From the NCBI GenBank assembly GCA_041390205.1, contig JAWKQJ010000007.1, positions 27,777 to 91,776 of the forward strand: a stretch of DNA of 64,000 bases. The letters run 5' to 3'. Below are positions 1 through 10,047 of the stretch, piece by piece. Each line of letters begins with the position of its first letter. Position 1 is the first letter of the stretch. A model generated the notes under the pieces. It saw only the letters and a program-made list of their open reading frames with translations. It did not search any database and was not told where the DNA came from. The position numbers and the translations under genes are program-made. Origin of the DNA: Gemmatimonadales bacterium (GTDB taxonomy: Bacteria; Gemmatimonadota; Gemmatimonadetes; Gemmatimonadales; GWC2-71-9).

Positions 1-2
1 GC

Positions 3-896
3 TTGCTGCTCGCGGCGGCGGTCGCCGCGGTCTTCTTCTCGGGTCGCGTGCTCGAGCCCCTCGGCCGCTTCGCCAAAGCCGTGGATCGGGTCGGCGCGGG
101 TGACTACGGCGCCCGGGTCGGCGAGCTGCCCACCTCCGAGTTCCGCCCGCTCGGCCACGCGATCGATCAGCTCGCGCAGGACCTCGAGCGCTCCGAGGCG
201 ACCAGGCGCCGTCTGATCCGCGACGTCGCGCACGAGCTCCGAACGCCGCTCACCAACCTCCGGGGCCAGATCGAGGCCCTCCAGGACAAGCTCCGGGAGC
301 CGACGCCCGAGGCGTTGGCCTCGTTGCACGAGGAAGCGACCCTGCTCGAGCGGTTGGTCGACGACCTCGGCGAGCTGGCTCGCGCCGACGCGGGGCAGCT
401 CTCGATCGATCGCCGACCGCTACCCCTGGAGCCGGAGGCCCGGCGCGCGGCGACGGGCTTCGTCCAGAGCGGCCGGGTGCCGGCCAGTGCGTTCGAGATC
501 GTCATCCCCGACGAGCTCTCGGTCTCCGCCGACCCGGACCGCCTCGGCCAGATCTTTCGCAACGTGATCGAGAACGCGATCACGCACGGTCGGGCCGACG
601 CGCCGATCACCATCGCAGCCCGCGCGGTCGACGGGCAGGCGGCGATCTCGATCACCGATCGCGGCCGCGGCATCGCCGAGGAGCACATCGGTCGGGTGTT
701 CGAGCGGCTCTACCGCTCCGACCCGGCGCGCGCTCGGGCCGGCGGTGGCGGCGCCGGTCTCGGTTTAGCCATCGTTAAGAGCCTGGTAGAGGCGCACGGC
801 GGCACGGCGTCGATCGAGAGCGCGCTCGGGCAGGGCACCACCGTGACGTTCACGCTTCCGCTCGGCGGCGACACCCAGGCCCCCCTCCGCTCGTAA
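3..896 (+). CDS. Sensor histidine kinase, C-terminal part (5' end cut by window edge)
   Basis: H-box VAHELRTPLTNL, then an HATPase_c-like region (DRGRGI ... GGGGAGLGLAIVKSLVEAHGG). The ORF is open from the window start. Confidence 0.9.
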   Translation: MLLAAAVAAVFFSGRVLEPLGRFAKAVDRVGAGDYGARVGELPTSEFRPLGHAIDQLAQDLERSEATRRRLIRDVAHELRTPLTNLRGQIEALQDKLREPTPEALASLHEEATLLERLVDDLGELARADAGQLSIDRRPLPLEPEARRAATGFVQSGRVPASAFEIVIPDELSVSADPDRLGQIFRNVIENAITHGRADAPITIAARAVDGQAAISITDRGRGIAEEHIGRVFERLYRSDPARARAGGGGAGLGLAIVKSLVEAHGGTASIESALGQGTTVTFTLPLGGDTQAPLRS

Positions 897-902
897 TCCA
901 AC

Positions 903-919
903 TGTCATCCCCTTGTCAT
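903..919 (+). promoter_or_regulatory. Direct repeat TGTCAT-N5-TGTCAT (11-bp period); candidate response-regulator site upstream of the efflux operon
   Basis: ctgtcatcc (902-910) and ttgtcattc (913-921) lie between the kinase stop (896) and the adaptor start (1068). Confidence 0.3.
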
Positions 920-1067
920 TCGGCCGCTATGGGGCCGCAATGGCGCGATCCAAACGTGAAGGGGGGGCCGCCGGTCGATCCCCGGAAGCAACGCCAGTCC
1001 GGCGGCGATCATCTAAGCCGTAGGGAACAGCGTACCAATCGCCATCGGGAACCAGAGGAGGGTAGTC

Positions 1068-2425
1068 GTGGCTCTCTCCGTACGGCGGTGGCTTCGGCTC
1101 GGGGTCACCGGGCTAAGTCTCGCACTGATAGGCACTTGGTGGTTCGCGGGTGACGCCGGCAGCAGCGACTCCGCGATCACCGCGGTGGTCCAGCGTGGCG
1201 ACTTCGCGGTCACCGTGGCGACGGCCGGCGAGCTCCGCGCCCGCGAGGACGTCAAGATCACCGGACCGCCGAACACCCAGCAGGCCGAGGTCTACCAGAT
1301 GCGGATCGCCTCGATCGTGCCCGAAGGCACGGTCGTCAAGGCGGGTGACGTCGTGGCCGAGCTCGATCGCTCGACGCTCGCCACCAAGCTGGCGGAGGTG
1401 ACCCTCAACCTCTCCAAGGCGGAGGCCGTCTACGAGCAGGCGATGCTCGACTCGACGCTCAACCTCTCGAAGGCGCGCGAGGAGCTTCGCACCCTGGAAC
1501 TGGCGCTCGAGGAGAAGAAGCTCGCCAAGGAGCAGGCCGTCTACGAGGCGCCCACCATCAAGCGCCAGGCCGAGATCGATCACGAAAAGGCGGAGCGGGC
1601 GCTCGCGCAGGCAAAGGTCGACCTCAAGACCAAGACCGAGCAGGCGCAGGCCAAGATGCGCGAGGTCGGGGCCGATTTCGAGCGGCAGAAGAACAAGCTG
1701 GCGATCGTCCAGGGCGTGATGGCGGGCTTCACCATCAGGGCGCCGGCGCCCGGGATGGTGATCTACGTGAAGGAGTGGAACGGGAGGAAGCGCACCACCG
1801 GCTCACAGGTTTCCGCCTGGGACCCGACCGTCGCGACGCTGCCCGATCTCAGCCAGATGGAGTCGGTCACCTACGTGAACGAGATCGACGTGCGCAAGGT
1901 GGCGGTCGATCAGCCCGTCACGCTCACGCTCGACGCGGATCCGACCAAGAAGCTCACCGGCAAGGTGACCGGCGTGGCCAACGTCGGCGAGCAGCGGCCC
2001 AACACCGACGCCAAGGTGTTCGAGGTGCGGATCCAGGGTGGCCGAGTCCGACACCACGCTTCGGCCCGGCATGACGACCGGCAACGTGACATCGAGGCCT
2101 CGCGGATCCCCAACGTGCTCTTCGTTCCGCTCGACGCCGTCGACGGCGAGGGCGGGATCGCGTTCGTGTTCAAGCAATCGGGCGGCCGGGTCGTCAAGCA
2201 GGAGGTCGTCACCGGCACGATGAACGACGACGAGGTCGTCATCCTCCAGGGCGTCGACGAGGAGAGCGGGTGTTGCTCACGCCACCCGCCAACAAGGCGG
2301 AGCCGCTGGTCCGACTGCCGGGGAAGCGCCGAGCGGCCGGCCGGCGCGACGGGCGACACGGGCACGACCACGGTGCCGCTCACCCCACCGGCGGAGCCCG
2401 GTCCGAAGCCGGCGGCCGCCGTTGA
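1068..2425 (+). pseudogene. HlyD/MacA-family efflux periplasmic adaptor, with frame changes as assembled
   Basis: GTG start after a ggagg RBS; long coiled-coil region. The conserved ESDTTLRPGMTTGNVT motif sits in the +1 frame between ~2037 and ~2090. The C-terminal GERVLLTPP is only readable after another shift at ~2262, which gives a stop at 2425. The listed ORF to 2612 would overlap the permease. Confidence 0.7.
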
Positions 2426-2458
2426 GCCCGAGCCGGCGCACGCCGAGCTAGCCGCTTC

Positions 2459-3860
2459 GTGCCTCGATCGCGAGGACTCCTTCGGCGCGTCGCGACGGAG
2501 CTGCGTGCGCCAGCGTCGGGTTCAGCATGGACCGCCCTCGAGGCGGTCTGCCACAACACCCTCCGCGCGCTGCTCACCTCGCTCGGGATCCCGTTCGGCG
2601 TGGCCTCCGTGATCGCGACGCTGGCCATCGGCAGGCGCCGAGCAGGAGATTCTGGAGCAGATGCGGCTGTTGGGCTCCAACAACATCGTGGTCGCCCCTT
2701 CGTCGAGCAGCGGGAAGAGTGCGCTCCAGGGCCAGCAGACGCCGGACCGGCAGGTCAAGAAGTTCAGCCCCGGACTCACCTACGCCGACGTCAAGGCGAT
2801 CGAGAAGGTGATCCCGGTGGTCGAGGCCACCAGCGCCGAGATCGTGGTCAACACCAGCCTGACCCGGGAAGGCCGGCGCCGGACCGGCAAGGTGGTGGGC
2901 GTCGACACGACCTATTTCCGGCTCACCAACCTCGAGCTGGAGAGCGGCGACTGGTTCAGCGAGATCCAGGTCCGGCACGGCCTTCCGGTGGCGATCATCG
3001 GCTCCGGGGTCCGGACCCGCTTCTTCACCACGGAGAATCCGCTCGGCAAGCGGCTCAAGGTGGGCGAGGTCTGGGTCACCGTGGTCGGCGTGCTCCGCGA
3101 CCGCCGGGTGAGCAACGAGACCGCCCAGCGCCTCGGCATCCGTGACGCCGGGATGGACGTCTACGTCCCGGTCCACACCATGCTGCTCCGCTTCCGCGAC
3201 CGGGCCCGGCTGACCCAGCGCGACGTGGAGGCCGCCTCGCGCGAGGGCACCTTCACCCGGAACGATGGCGAGGAGGAGTCGGAGGAGGCGCGCCAGGAGC
3301 GCACCAACCGCAACCAGCTCGATCGGGTGATCGTCCGGGTCGAGCAGTCCACCCTGGTGCCCGGCACCGCTGACGTGATCCGCCGACTCCTCACCCGGCG
3401 GCACAACACGGTGGTCGACTTCGAGATCACCGTGCCCGAGCTGCTCCTCCAACAGGAGCAGCGGACCAAGAACATCTTCAACATCGTGCTCGGCGCGATC
3501 GCCTCGATCTCGCTCGTGGTCGGCGGGATCGGGATCATGAACATCATGCTGGCCTCGGTGCTCGAGCGGATTCGGGAGATCGGCGTGCGGCGCGCGGTGG
3601 GCGCCACCCGGCACGAGATCCTGATGCAGTTCCTGAGCGAAGCCGTGATCATCAGCGTCGCGGGCGGCGTGGCCGGCATCCTGGTCGGCACCGGTCTGAG
3701 CGCGGGGATCGAGCGCTTCGCCGGGATCCACACCATCGTCTCCTACGCCTCGGTGGCGGTCGCCTTCGGGGTCTCGTTCTCCGTCGGGCTGATCTTCGGG
3801 ATCATGCCCGCCTACCGAGCGGCCTACCAGGACCCGGTCGCCTGCCTCCGCTACGAGTGA
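2459..3860 (+). pseudogene. ABC-transporter permease, MacB/FtsX family (no ATPase domain), one frameshift near 2632
   Basis: N-terminus ALEAVCHNTLRALLTSLGIPFGVASVIATLAIG is in the frame of ORF 2459. It continues as (GAEQEILEQ)MRLLGSNNIVV in the frame of ORF 2661. C-terminal FtsX-like TM bundle (IASISLVVGGIGIMNIM...RAVGATR). Confidence 0.75.
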
Positions 3861-5338
3861 TGGCCATGACAAGAGATCGTTGGTCCCGACTGGCGCCCGG
3901 CGTCCGCCTCGGCGCGTTGCTCGCCTTGTTCTGCGTGCCGGGCGCGGCGGCCCAGACCCGGCTCACGCTGCGGCAGGCCATCGCGATCGGTCTCGAGGAG
4001 GGCGATCGGATCAAGGCGGCGGAGGCCGGTCGCGAGGCGGCCCGTTATCGCGATCAGGCCTTCTATTCCGACTTCCTGCCGCGGCTGTCGCTCAGCGGCA
4101 CCGTGCCGACCTACAACCGGTCGATCATCCAGGTGGTGCAGCCGGACGGCAGCACTCTCTTCCGGCCCCAGAACCTCACCAATTCCGCGCTCACGGCCAC
4201 CCTCGCCCAGCGCCTCCCGCTCACCGGAGGAGACCTCTTCGTCTCCTCGTCGCTCTCGCGGCTGGCGGTCTCGGGGCAGGACGACATCAAGACCTGGTCG
4301 TCGACGCCCGTGCGGATCGGCCTCCGGCAGCAGCTCTTTCGGCCGAACACGGCGGGCTGGGATCGCCGCGAGCAGCCGCTCCGCGCCGAGGTGGCCGAGC
4401 GGCAGTTTCTCGAGGCGCGCGAGGACATCGCGCTCGAGATCGTCGGTCGCTTCTTCGACGTGCACGCCGCCCGGGCCGGCCTCGACAACGCCACCACCAA
4501 CGCCGCCGTCAACGACACGCTCTACACCCTCAACCAGGGTCGCTACGAGGTCGGCAAGATCGGGGAAAACGACCTGCTCCAGAGCGAGCTGGCCCTGCTC
4601 CGGGCCCGCACGGCGGTCGACGGCGCCCGGCTCGAGTACCAACGCGCCCTGGCGGCGCTCCGACTCGCCCTCGGCCTCTCGCCCTCAGCCGAGATCGAGA
4701 TCGAGGTGGAGCCGGTGGTGCCCGAGGTCCAGGCCGATACGGTCGTCGCCGTGGCCGAGGCGCTCCGGAACCGGGCGACCGTGACCGAGGCGGAGCTGCA
4801 GCACGTCCAGGCCGATCGCCGGGTCACCGAGGCGAAGCTCACCAACTCCCCCGGGGCCACGATCGAGGCCGCCTTCGGCTTCAACGCGACCGGGCCCGAC
4901 GTGAATCTGGCCTACGAGAACCTGCTGGAGGCCCGGCAGTTCACCCTCCGGGTCGACGTGCCCCTGCTCCAGTGGGGCGCGCACAAGGAGAGCGTTCGCG
5001 CGGCCCAGGCCGATCGCGAGCAGGCCGCCAGCACCCGGAAGACGGCGCTCGAGCAGACCGCTCAGGACGCCCACTTCGCCGCCTTGGAGCTGGCGCAGGC
5101 CCGCCGCACGCTCGACCTCTCGGCCAAGGCCGACTCGGTGGCGGGCAAGCGATTCGAGGTGGCGTACAACCGCTACGTGATCGGGCGGATCGCGATCGAC
5201 AATCTCTACCTCGCCCAGACCGAGAAGGACCAGGCGCTCAACCAGTTCGTCCAGTCGCTCCGGGGCTACTGGGTCTCGTTTTTTCGCTTGCGGAGATTGA
5301 CCCTGTTCGACTTCGAGGCCGGGCGGCCGATCCGCTGA
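3857..5338 (+). CDS. TolC-family outer membrane efflux protein
   Basis: Signal peptide and the two-repeat OEP pattern (LTLRQAIAIGLEEG..., coiled helices). The start overlaps the permease stop. Confidence 0.85.
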   Translation: MMAMTRDRWSRLAPGVRLGALLALFCVPGAAAQTRLTLRQAIAIGLEEGDRIKAAEAGREAARYRDQAFYSDFLPRLSLSGTVPTYNRSIIQVVQPDGSTLFRPQNLTNSALTATLAQRLPLTGGDLFVSSSLSRLAVSGQDDIKTWSSTPVRIGLRQQLFRPNTAGWDRREQPLRAEVAERQFLEAREDIALEIVGRFFDVHAARAGLDNATTNAAVNDTLYTLNQGRYEVGKIGENDLLQSELALLRARTAVDGARLEYQRALAALRLALGLSPSAEIEIEVEPVVPEVQADTVVAVAEALRNRATVTEAELQHVQADRRVTEAKLTNSPGATIEAAFGFNATGPDVNLAYENLLEARQFTLRVDVPLLQWGAHKESVRAAQADREQAASTRKTALEQTAQDAHFAALELAQARRTLDLSAKADSVAGKRFEVAYNRYVIGRIAIDNLYLAQTEKDQALNQFVQSLRGYWVSFFRLRRLTLFDFEAGRPIR

Positions 5339-5347
5339 GGCGGCGAG

Positions 5348-5743
5348 CTACTCCTTCTCGAAGCGGAGCGACGCCGAGTTGACGCAATAGCGGAGCCCGG
5401 TGGGCGCGGGCCCGTCGGGGAAGACGTGCCCGAGATGGGCCTCGCAACGGGCGCAGTGGACCTCGGTCCGGCGCATCCCGTGGCTGGTGTCGAGGGTCGT
5501 CGCGACCCGCTCGTCATCGACCGGTCGAGTGTAGCTCGGCCAGCCAGAGCCCGACTCGAATTTGTCGCCCGAGTGGAAGAGCGGCGCCCCGCAACAGACA
5601 CAGGCGTACACGCCGCGCTCGTGATGGTCCCAGTAGGCCCCGGTGAAGGCCCGTTCGGTCCCCTGCTGCCGGGCGATCCGGTACTGCTCCGGGGTGAGCT
5701 CGGCCGCCCACTCCTCGTCCGACTTGCGCACCGTGTCGTCCAT
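5348..5743 (-). CDS. msrB: Peptide-methionine (R)-S-oxide reductase MsrB
   Basis: 131 aa from [12 protein letters not shown]. Two CxxC pairs ([20 protein letters not shown]) and RYCVNS. ATG confirmed at 5741-5743 (cat on the plus strand). Confidence 0.9.
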   Translation of the reverse strand: MDDTVRKSDEEWAAELTPEQYRIARQQGTERAFTGAYWDHHERGVYACVCCGAPLFHSGDKFESGSGWPSYTRPVDDERVATTLDTSHGMRRTEVHCARCEAHLGHVFPDGPAPTGLRYCVNSASLRFEKE

Positions 5744-5961
5744 CTCGTGTTGACTCCCGCGCCGCTCGGTCCAGGGCGGCACCACCTCGTTCGATCGCGC
5801 GGACGCGATGGCCTGGCCCGGATGCTCGCGCATGTCGCCGAGGATCAGGTAGAGCGCCTCGCTCAGGCCGCGGCCCCGACCATGAGAGCTGGATCTTCTC
5901 CCCGAAGCGCGACTCGGGCAAGTCGGCCACCGACCCGTCGAAGCACCGCGTCGAACGGGGT

Positions 5962-6684
5962 TCAGGGCAGCAGGGCCTTCACCACCACGCCGAGCGCCGC
6001 CACGGCCGACACGGTCAGGATCGCCGGGCGGATCAGACCCCGGTCGACCACTCCGACGATCCGTTTCGACAGCAGGAATCCGATCGCGATGCCGGGCAAC
6101 AGCCCGAGCCCCAGGAGGAGCTCGCTCAGACCGAACCGTCCGATGAAGTGGAGCCCGGTGAGCGAGAGCACCGTGCCGACGAGAAAGAACGCGCTCAGGG
6201 TGGCGCGGATCTCGGGCCCGGCCGCGTGCTGGTAGAGGAGCGCCACCGGCGGCCCGCCGATCGACACGGTGGTGGCGAGGAAGCCGGAGAGGGCGCCCGC
6301 GCCGACCAGATTGCTGGGACTGGTGGCGACTCGCCAGCCGCTCGCCGAGAGTCCGACGGCGCCGAGGATCAGGACGCCGAAGACCACGCCGAGATGGGTC
6401 AGCGGCACCAGGGTCAACACGCCGAGCGCGACGCCCGTTCCGACCACCCGCCCACCGAGCGACCACTTGAGGTCCTGGCCGAGCACGGCGTGACGCTCCC
6501 GGCGGAGCATCACCAGGGTGAGCACGCCGGACGCCAGGAGGATCGGCCCGGGCACCAGGCGCGGATCGATCAGCACCAGGAACGGGACCGAGAAGAGGCC
6601 GAGCCCGAAGCCCACCGCTCCCTGCAGCAGCGAGCCCAGACTCACGATCAACGTGACGAGAGTGGCTTTGAGGACGATCGGCAT
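5962..6684 (-). CDS. Sulfite exporter TauE/SafE-family membrane protein
   Basis: 240-aa polytopic protein with [13 protein letters not shown] and a repeated half. Typical TauE/SafE layout. Confidence 0.8.
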   Translation of the reverse strand: MPIVLKATLVTLIVSLGSLLQGAVGFGLGLFSVPFLVLIDPRLVPGPILLASGVLTLVMLRRERHAVLGQDLKWSLGGRVVGTGVALGVLTLVPLTHLGVVFGVLILGAVGLSASGWRVATSPSNLVGAGALSGFLATTVSIGGPPVALLYQHAAGPEIRATLSAFFLVGTVLSLTGLHFIGRFGLSELLLGLGLLPGIAIGFLLSKRIVGVVDRGLIRPAILTVSAVAALGVVVKALLP

Positions 6685-6737
6685 CGACGCCGCGCGAAGA
6701 TAGACCCGCCGGCGCGGCGGGGGAATCCCCGATCTCG

Positions 6738-7172
6738 CTACCCGGGCATCGGAGCCCAGGGATCGTAGCTGCCGAAGTTCCAGACGTTGCCCTCCGGATC
6801 ACGAGCGTCGTACGCGCGGCCCGGATACCCCTGGTTGTCGTAGGGACCTCTGACGATCTCCGCGCCGGCCCGACGAGCCCGCTCGGCATGCGCATCGGGA
6901 TCGTCCAGCACCACGCAGACGCACATCGTCACCCCACCGGCGTCCGACGGCAGCTTCCAGCCATAGAGGCGGCTGGTCTCCGAGTCGACGGCCGAGGACA
7001 GCATGATCATCTGATCCGCGAGAGTGAGCTGCGCGTGATGGATGATCGAGGGGTCGCGATCGTCGGCGTAGACGGCGTGCCGCTCGAACCCGAAGGCGGT
7101 CACCAGGAACTCGATCGCGCGGGGCGCGTCCTGATAGCGGAGGCAGGGGATGATGGCGCTGCGAACCGGCAC
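6738..7172 (-). CDS. VOC (glyoxalase/bleomycin-resistance) family protein
   Basis: 144 aa with a [22 protein letters not shown] start and a [15 protein letters not shown] end, typical of the VOC/PhnB-like fold. Confidence 0.75.
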   Translation of the reverse strand: MPVRSAIIPCLRYQDAPRAIEFLVTAFGFERHAVYADDRDPSIIHHAQLTLADQMIMLSSAVDSETSRLYGWKLPSDAGGVTMCVCVVLDDPDAHAERARRAGAEIVRGPYDNQGYPGRAYDARDPEGNVWNFGSYDPWAPMPG

Positions 7173-7237
7173 GATGACCTCGAGGTGTCGACCACTCCGA
7201 TCTTAGCGCCCGGCACCCGGGCTCGCTTGGACGGTTG

Positions 7238-8110
7238 TTACCTGCTTTCCAAAACGCCGCCACCCGCCGGCAGGTACGCCGCCCTCAGTGCGCCGGGGGA
7301 TTCTCCGGTCAGCGCCCGCACCTCGCGGTTCATGTGGGCCTGGTCGTAGTAGCCGAGCCGGGCGGCCAAGGCGCCGAGCGGCGCGCTCGGCTCGCGCCCG
7401 ATCGCCCTGGTCAGGCGCTCGAAGCGCTTCAGCCGCAAGTAGTCGCGCGGAGTCACGCCGATCTCGCGGCGGAACCGATCGACGAAGTGCTTGCGACTCC
7501 ACCCGATCTCACGCGCGAGGTCGGAAACGCGCATGTCGGGGGTGCGATCGAGCCGCGCGGCCGCCCAGTGGGCCTCCCGACACCCGTCGCGGCCCCGAGT
7601 GATCCGCTCGGACACCAGGCGGTCGAGGATCTCGAAGCGCGCGATGGCGTCGGGTGCCGTCCCCAGTCGCTGCCCGAGCCGTGCGGCCGGCGGTCCCAAC
7701 AGGTCGCCGAGCGGAACCACCCGGTTGGTCAGCTCGGCCACGGAAACCCCCGCAATCTGCGCGAGGCCTCGGGCGGTGACGAAGAGGTGGATTCCGGCCT
7801 GTTCTCCCTGAGAGCGCGAGATCGCCGGCCTGAGGTGCGCCCCCGCGGCGAAGCCCTCGCCCTTCGCGACCCTGACGAGCCGCCCATCCCCGCCGACCAG
7901 CTCGACGGTGGGCCCGAGGTTGACGATCACCACGTACTCGGTCGACGGCAGCTCGCGTCGCGCCCGGAAGCTCCCCGTGCGCTCGGTGTAGTCGCAGTAG
8001 CCGAGCACCCAGGGCGCCAGGGCCACCGGGGGCGCGACCGTCACCATTTCCCAGGCGTCGACCCCGTCATCGAAGCGGCGGACGGAAGCAGGGCGGGCGA
8101 TCGTCATCAC
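7238..8110 (-). CDS. AraC-family transcriptional regulator
   Basis: C-terminal double HTH (VSDLAREIGWSRKHFVDRFRREIGVTPRDYLRLKRF ... LGYYDQAHMNREVRALTGESP). Confidence 0.85.
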   Translation of the reverse strand: MMTIARPASVRRFDDGVDAWEMVTVAPPVALAPWVLGYCDYTERTGSFRARRELPSTEYVVIVNLGPTVELVGGDGRLVRVAKGEGFAAGAHLRPAISRSQGEQAGIHLFVTARGLAQIAGVSVAELTNRVVPLGDLLGPPAARLGQRLGTAPDAIARFEILDRLVSERITRGRDGCREAHWAAARLDRTPDMRVSDLAREIGWSRKHFVDRFRREIGVTPRDYLRLKRFERLTRAIGREPSAPLGALAARLGYYDQAHMNREVRALTGESPGALRAAYLPAGGGVLESR

Positions 8111-8197
8111 GAGAATCTACCGTGCCCCGAGGCGGCACGGCTCTTGCCCGTTCGGGGCGCCGACCAGAGCCCACGCAACCCGCTGCCGAGTGACGCC

Positions 8198-9232
8198 GTG
8201 CGGATAGCCGTCGCATTCGACACCCCCAACGCCCGCTGGACGCCCGACGACCATCGTCTCCAGATGGAGACGGAGCTGTCCGGCGAGACGCCGCTCGAAG
8301 CCGAGATGGAGTACCAGGTGGCCGGGGCGCTGCTCGAGCGCGGCCACGAGGTGCTGTTGATCGGCTTCCGCGACGATCCCAAGGTCCTGCTCGACCACTG
8401 CGCCGCCTTCAAGCCCGACGTCGTGGTCAACTGCGCCGAGTCCTTCCGCGGCGACGCCACGCTCGACCACCTCTGTCCCACCCTGCTCGACGCCACCGCC
8501 TATCGCTACACCGGCTCCGCCCCGCTGGCCCTCCAGGTCACCCGGGACAAGGCGATGAGCAAGAAGATCCTCGCCTTCCATGGCATCCAGGTGCCCGCCT
8601 TCGTGGTCTACCGGACCCGTGACGAGGTGACCGAGCCGCCGCTCGACTACCCGCTGATCGTCAAGCCGCTCGCGGCCGACGCCTCCGCCGGGATCGCCAT
8701 GGCCTCGGTCGTGGCCGACTTTCAGGCGCTCAAGGAGCGGGTCGCCTTCATCCACCAGCGGTTCCGGCAACCCGCGATCGCCGAGCAGTTCATCCCCGGC
8801 CGGGAGCTCTACGCCGGGATTCTCGGCAACGACGAGCGGCTCCAGGTGCTCCCGCTGGTGGAGCTGGCCTTCGACAAGGAGAAGACGGAGCCGGAGGAGC
8901 GGATCGCCACCCAGAGCACCAAGTGGGGCGACGCCTACCGGCGGCGGCGGGGCATCAAGTACGTCTTCGCCCGGCCCGTCTCGGCGCTGGCGAGGGAGCG
9001 GATCGAATCGGTCTGTCGGGCGGCCGGACGCGCGCTCTGGCTCCGCGACTACGCCCGGATCGACTTCCGGCTCACCGACGACGACCAGGTCTGGGTGCTC
9101 GAGGCCAACGCCAACCCCTTCATCAGCAAGGGGCACGAGATGGCCAACGCGGCCGCGAAGATCGACCTGCCCTACCCCAGGTTCATCGAGCGGATCGTGA
9201 ACGAGGAGGTCGCCCGCTACGAGCGCGCCTGA
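8198..9232 (+). CDS. ATP-grasp protein of the D-alanine--D-alanine ligase family (paralog, not the housekeeping ddl)
   Basis: In-frame GTG at 8198 inside ORF 7235-9232. ATP-grasp signatures DKAMSKKILAFHGIQVP, PLIVKP, EQFIPGRELY, ARIDFRL...WVLEANANP. Confidence 0.8.
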   Translation: MRIAVAFDTPNARWTPDDHRLQMETELSGETPLEAEMEYQVAGALLERGHEVLLIGFRDDPKVLLDHCAAFKPDVVVNCAESFRGDATLDHLCPTLLDATAYRYTGSAPLALQVTRDKAMSKKILAFHGIQVPAFVVYRTRDEVTEPPLDYPLIVKPLAADASAGIAMASVVADFQALKERVAFIHQRFRQPAIAEQFIPGRELYAGILGNDERLQVLPLVELAFDKEKTEPEERIATQSTKWGDAYRRRRGIKYVFARPVSALARERIESVCRAAGRALWLRDYARIDFRLTDDDQVWVLEANANPFISKGHEMANAAAKIDLPYPRFIERIVNEEVARYERA

Positions 9233-10044
9233 CCCCGCCCTCCGGCCATCCAGGCCCGGTGTCGCGCCTCCACCTTCGTCCACAGCCGATCCAGGTCGTC
9301 CGCCCCGAGGCCGATCCCGAACCGCTCTCGGAGCGCGGACTCGTACTGGTCCCGATCCTCGAGGTCCCGGTCGATCGTTCCCTCCGGCGTGATCTCCCGA
9401 AGCACGGCCCCTCGAAGGGTCAGGATGCTGGTGCCGGTGTGCCGCTGGCAGACGGTGGTCTGGACGAACCCGGAGTCCGGGTCGGTCTGAAGCCGGTGAC
9501 ATTGCTCGGCGAAGGCGCCGAGGGTCCGGGGCTCGAGTGTGAAGTCGAAGCTCGGCGCGGCGCCGGCCGGATGGTTCCGGAATCGCCAGCGCGGCCCTTC
9601 CCGGACCAGACCGAACTCGAATCCGCCCCGGCGGTAGCTCCCCTCCTCGAGGGGGAGCGGCTCCAGGCAGCCGTCGCCGAATCCCACGTCGACCAGGTAC
9701 GGGCGATCGAGGCTGACGATCAACACCAGGTGGTTGCCCTCGATCGGGGTCGCCGAGCGCTCGCGGCCGACCGTCCCGGCCATCAGCTGGACCCGGTAGC
9801 CCAGCCGCTCGAGGACCAGGGCGAAGAGCCCGTTCATCTCGTAGCACCAGCCGCCCCTGCCCTGCTCGACCAGCTTCCGATAGATCGCGTCCGGCTCGAG
9901 TCCGAGCCGGCGCCCGAGGTGGATGTCGAGGTTCTCGTAGCTGATGGCCAGCAGGTGCGCCCGGTGGAGCGCGGTCAGGGTCTCGACCGACGGCTCCAGC
10001 GGCCCGCGGTGGCCGACGCGGGCCAGATACCGCTCGAGGTCCAT
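9217..10044 (-). CDS. Arylamine N-acetyltransferase (NAT family)
   Basis: LLAISYENLDIHLGR and catalytic-Cys context RGGWCYEMNGLF; 275 aa. Confidence 0.85.
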   Translation of the reverse strand: MDLERYLARVGHRGPLEPSVETLTALHRAHLLAISYENLDIHLGRRLGLEPDAIYRKLVEQGRGGWCYEMNGLFALVLERLGYRVQLMAGTVGRERSATPIEGNHLVLIVSLDRPYLVDVGFGDGCLEPLPLEEGSYRRGGFEFGLVREGPRWRFRNHPAGAAPSFDFTLEPRTLGAFAEQCHRLQTDPDSGFVQTTVCQRHTGTSILTLRGAVLREITPEGTIDRDLEDRDQYESALRERFGIGLGADDLDRLWTKVEARHRAWMAGGRGQARS

Positions 10045-10047
10045 GCG

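Noticed and set aside
1068-2612. The listed 514-aa ORF as the true extent of the HlyD adaptor.
   Set aside because: Its last ~115 aa are compositionally odd and would overlap the permease N-terminus by ~150 nt. A frame change near 2262 recovers the conserved GERVLLTPP ending and a stop at 2425.
2574-3872. Long antisense or overlapping ORFs throughout the window. Examples: 2574-3872(-), 8117-10228(-), 8923-11064(+), 11661-13796(-), 23047-27000(-), 29781-31721(-), 49366-52182(-), 62638-63978(-).
   Set aside because: Their translations are Arg/Pro/Gly/Ala-rich low-complexity strings with no recognisable motifs. They overlap genes with strong family signatures on the other strand or frame. These are typical shadow ORFs of very GC-rich DNA.
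5744-5961. Possible small gene or gene remnant between msrB and the TauE-family gene. Minus-strand fragments read [21 protein letters not shown] and [23 protein letters not shown].
   Set aside because: The fragments lie in two different frames, have no convincing start/stop pair, and match no family I recognise. They could be a decayed remnant or chance. A longer msrB starting at the upstream Met (MREHPG...) is possible, but the N-terminal extension would be atypical.
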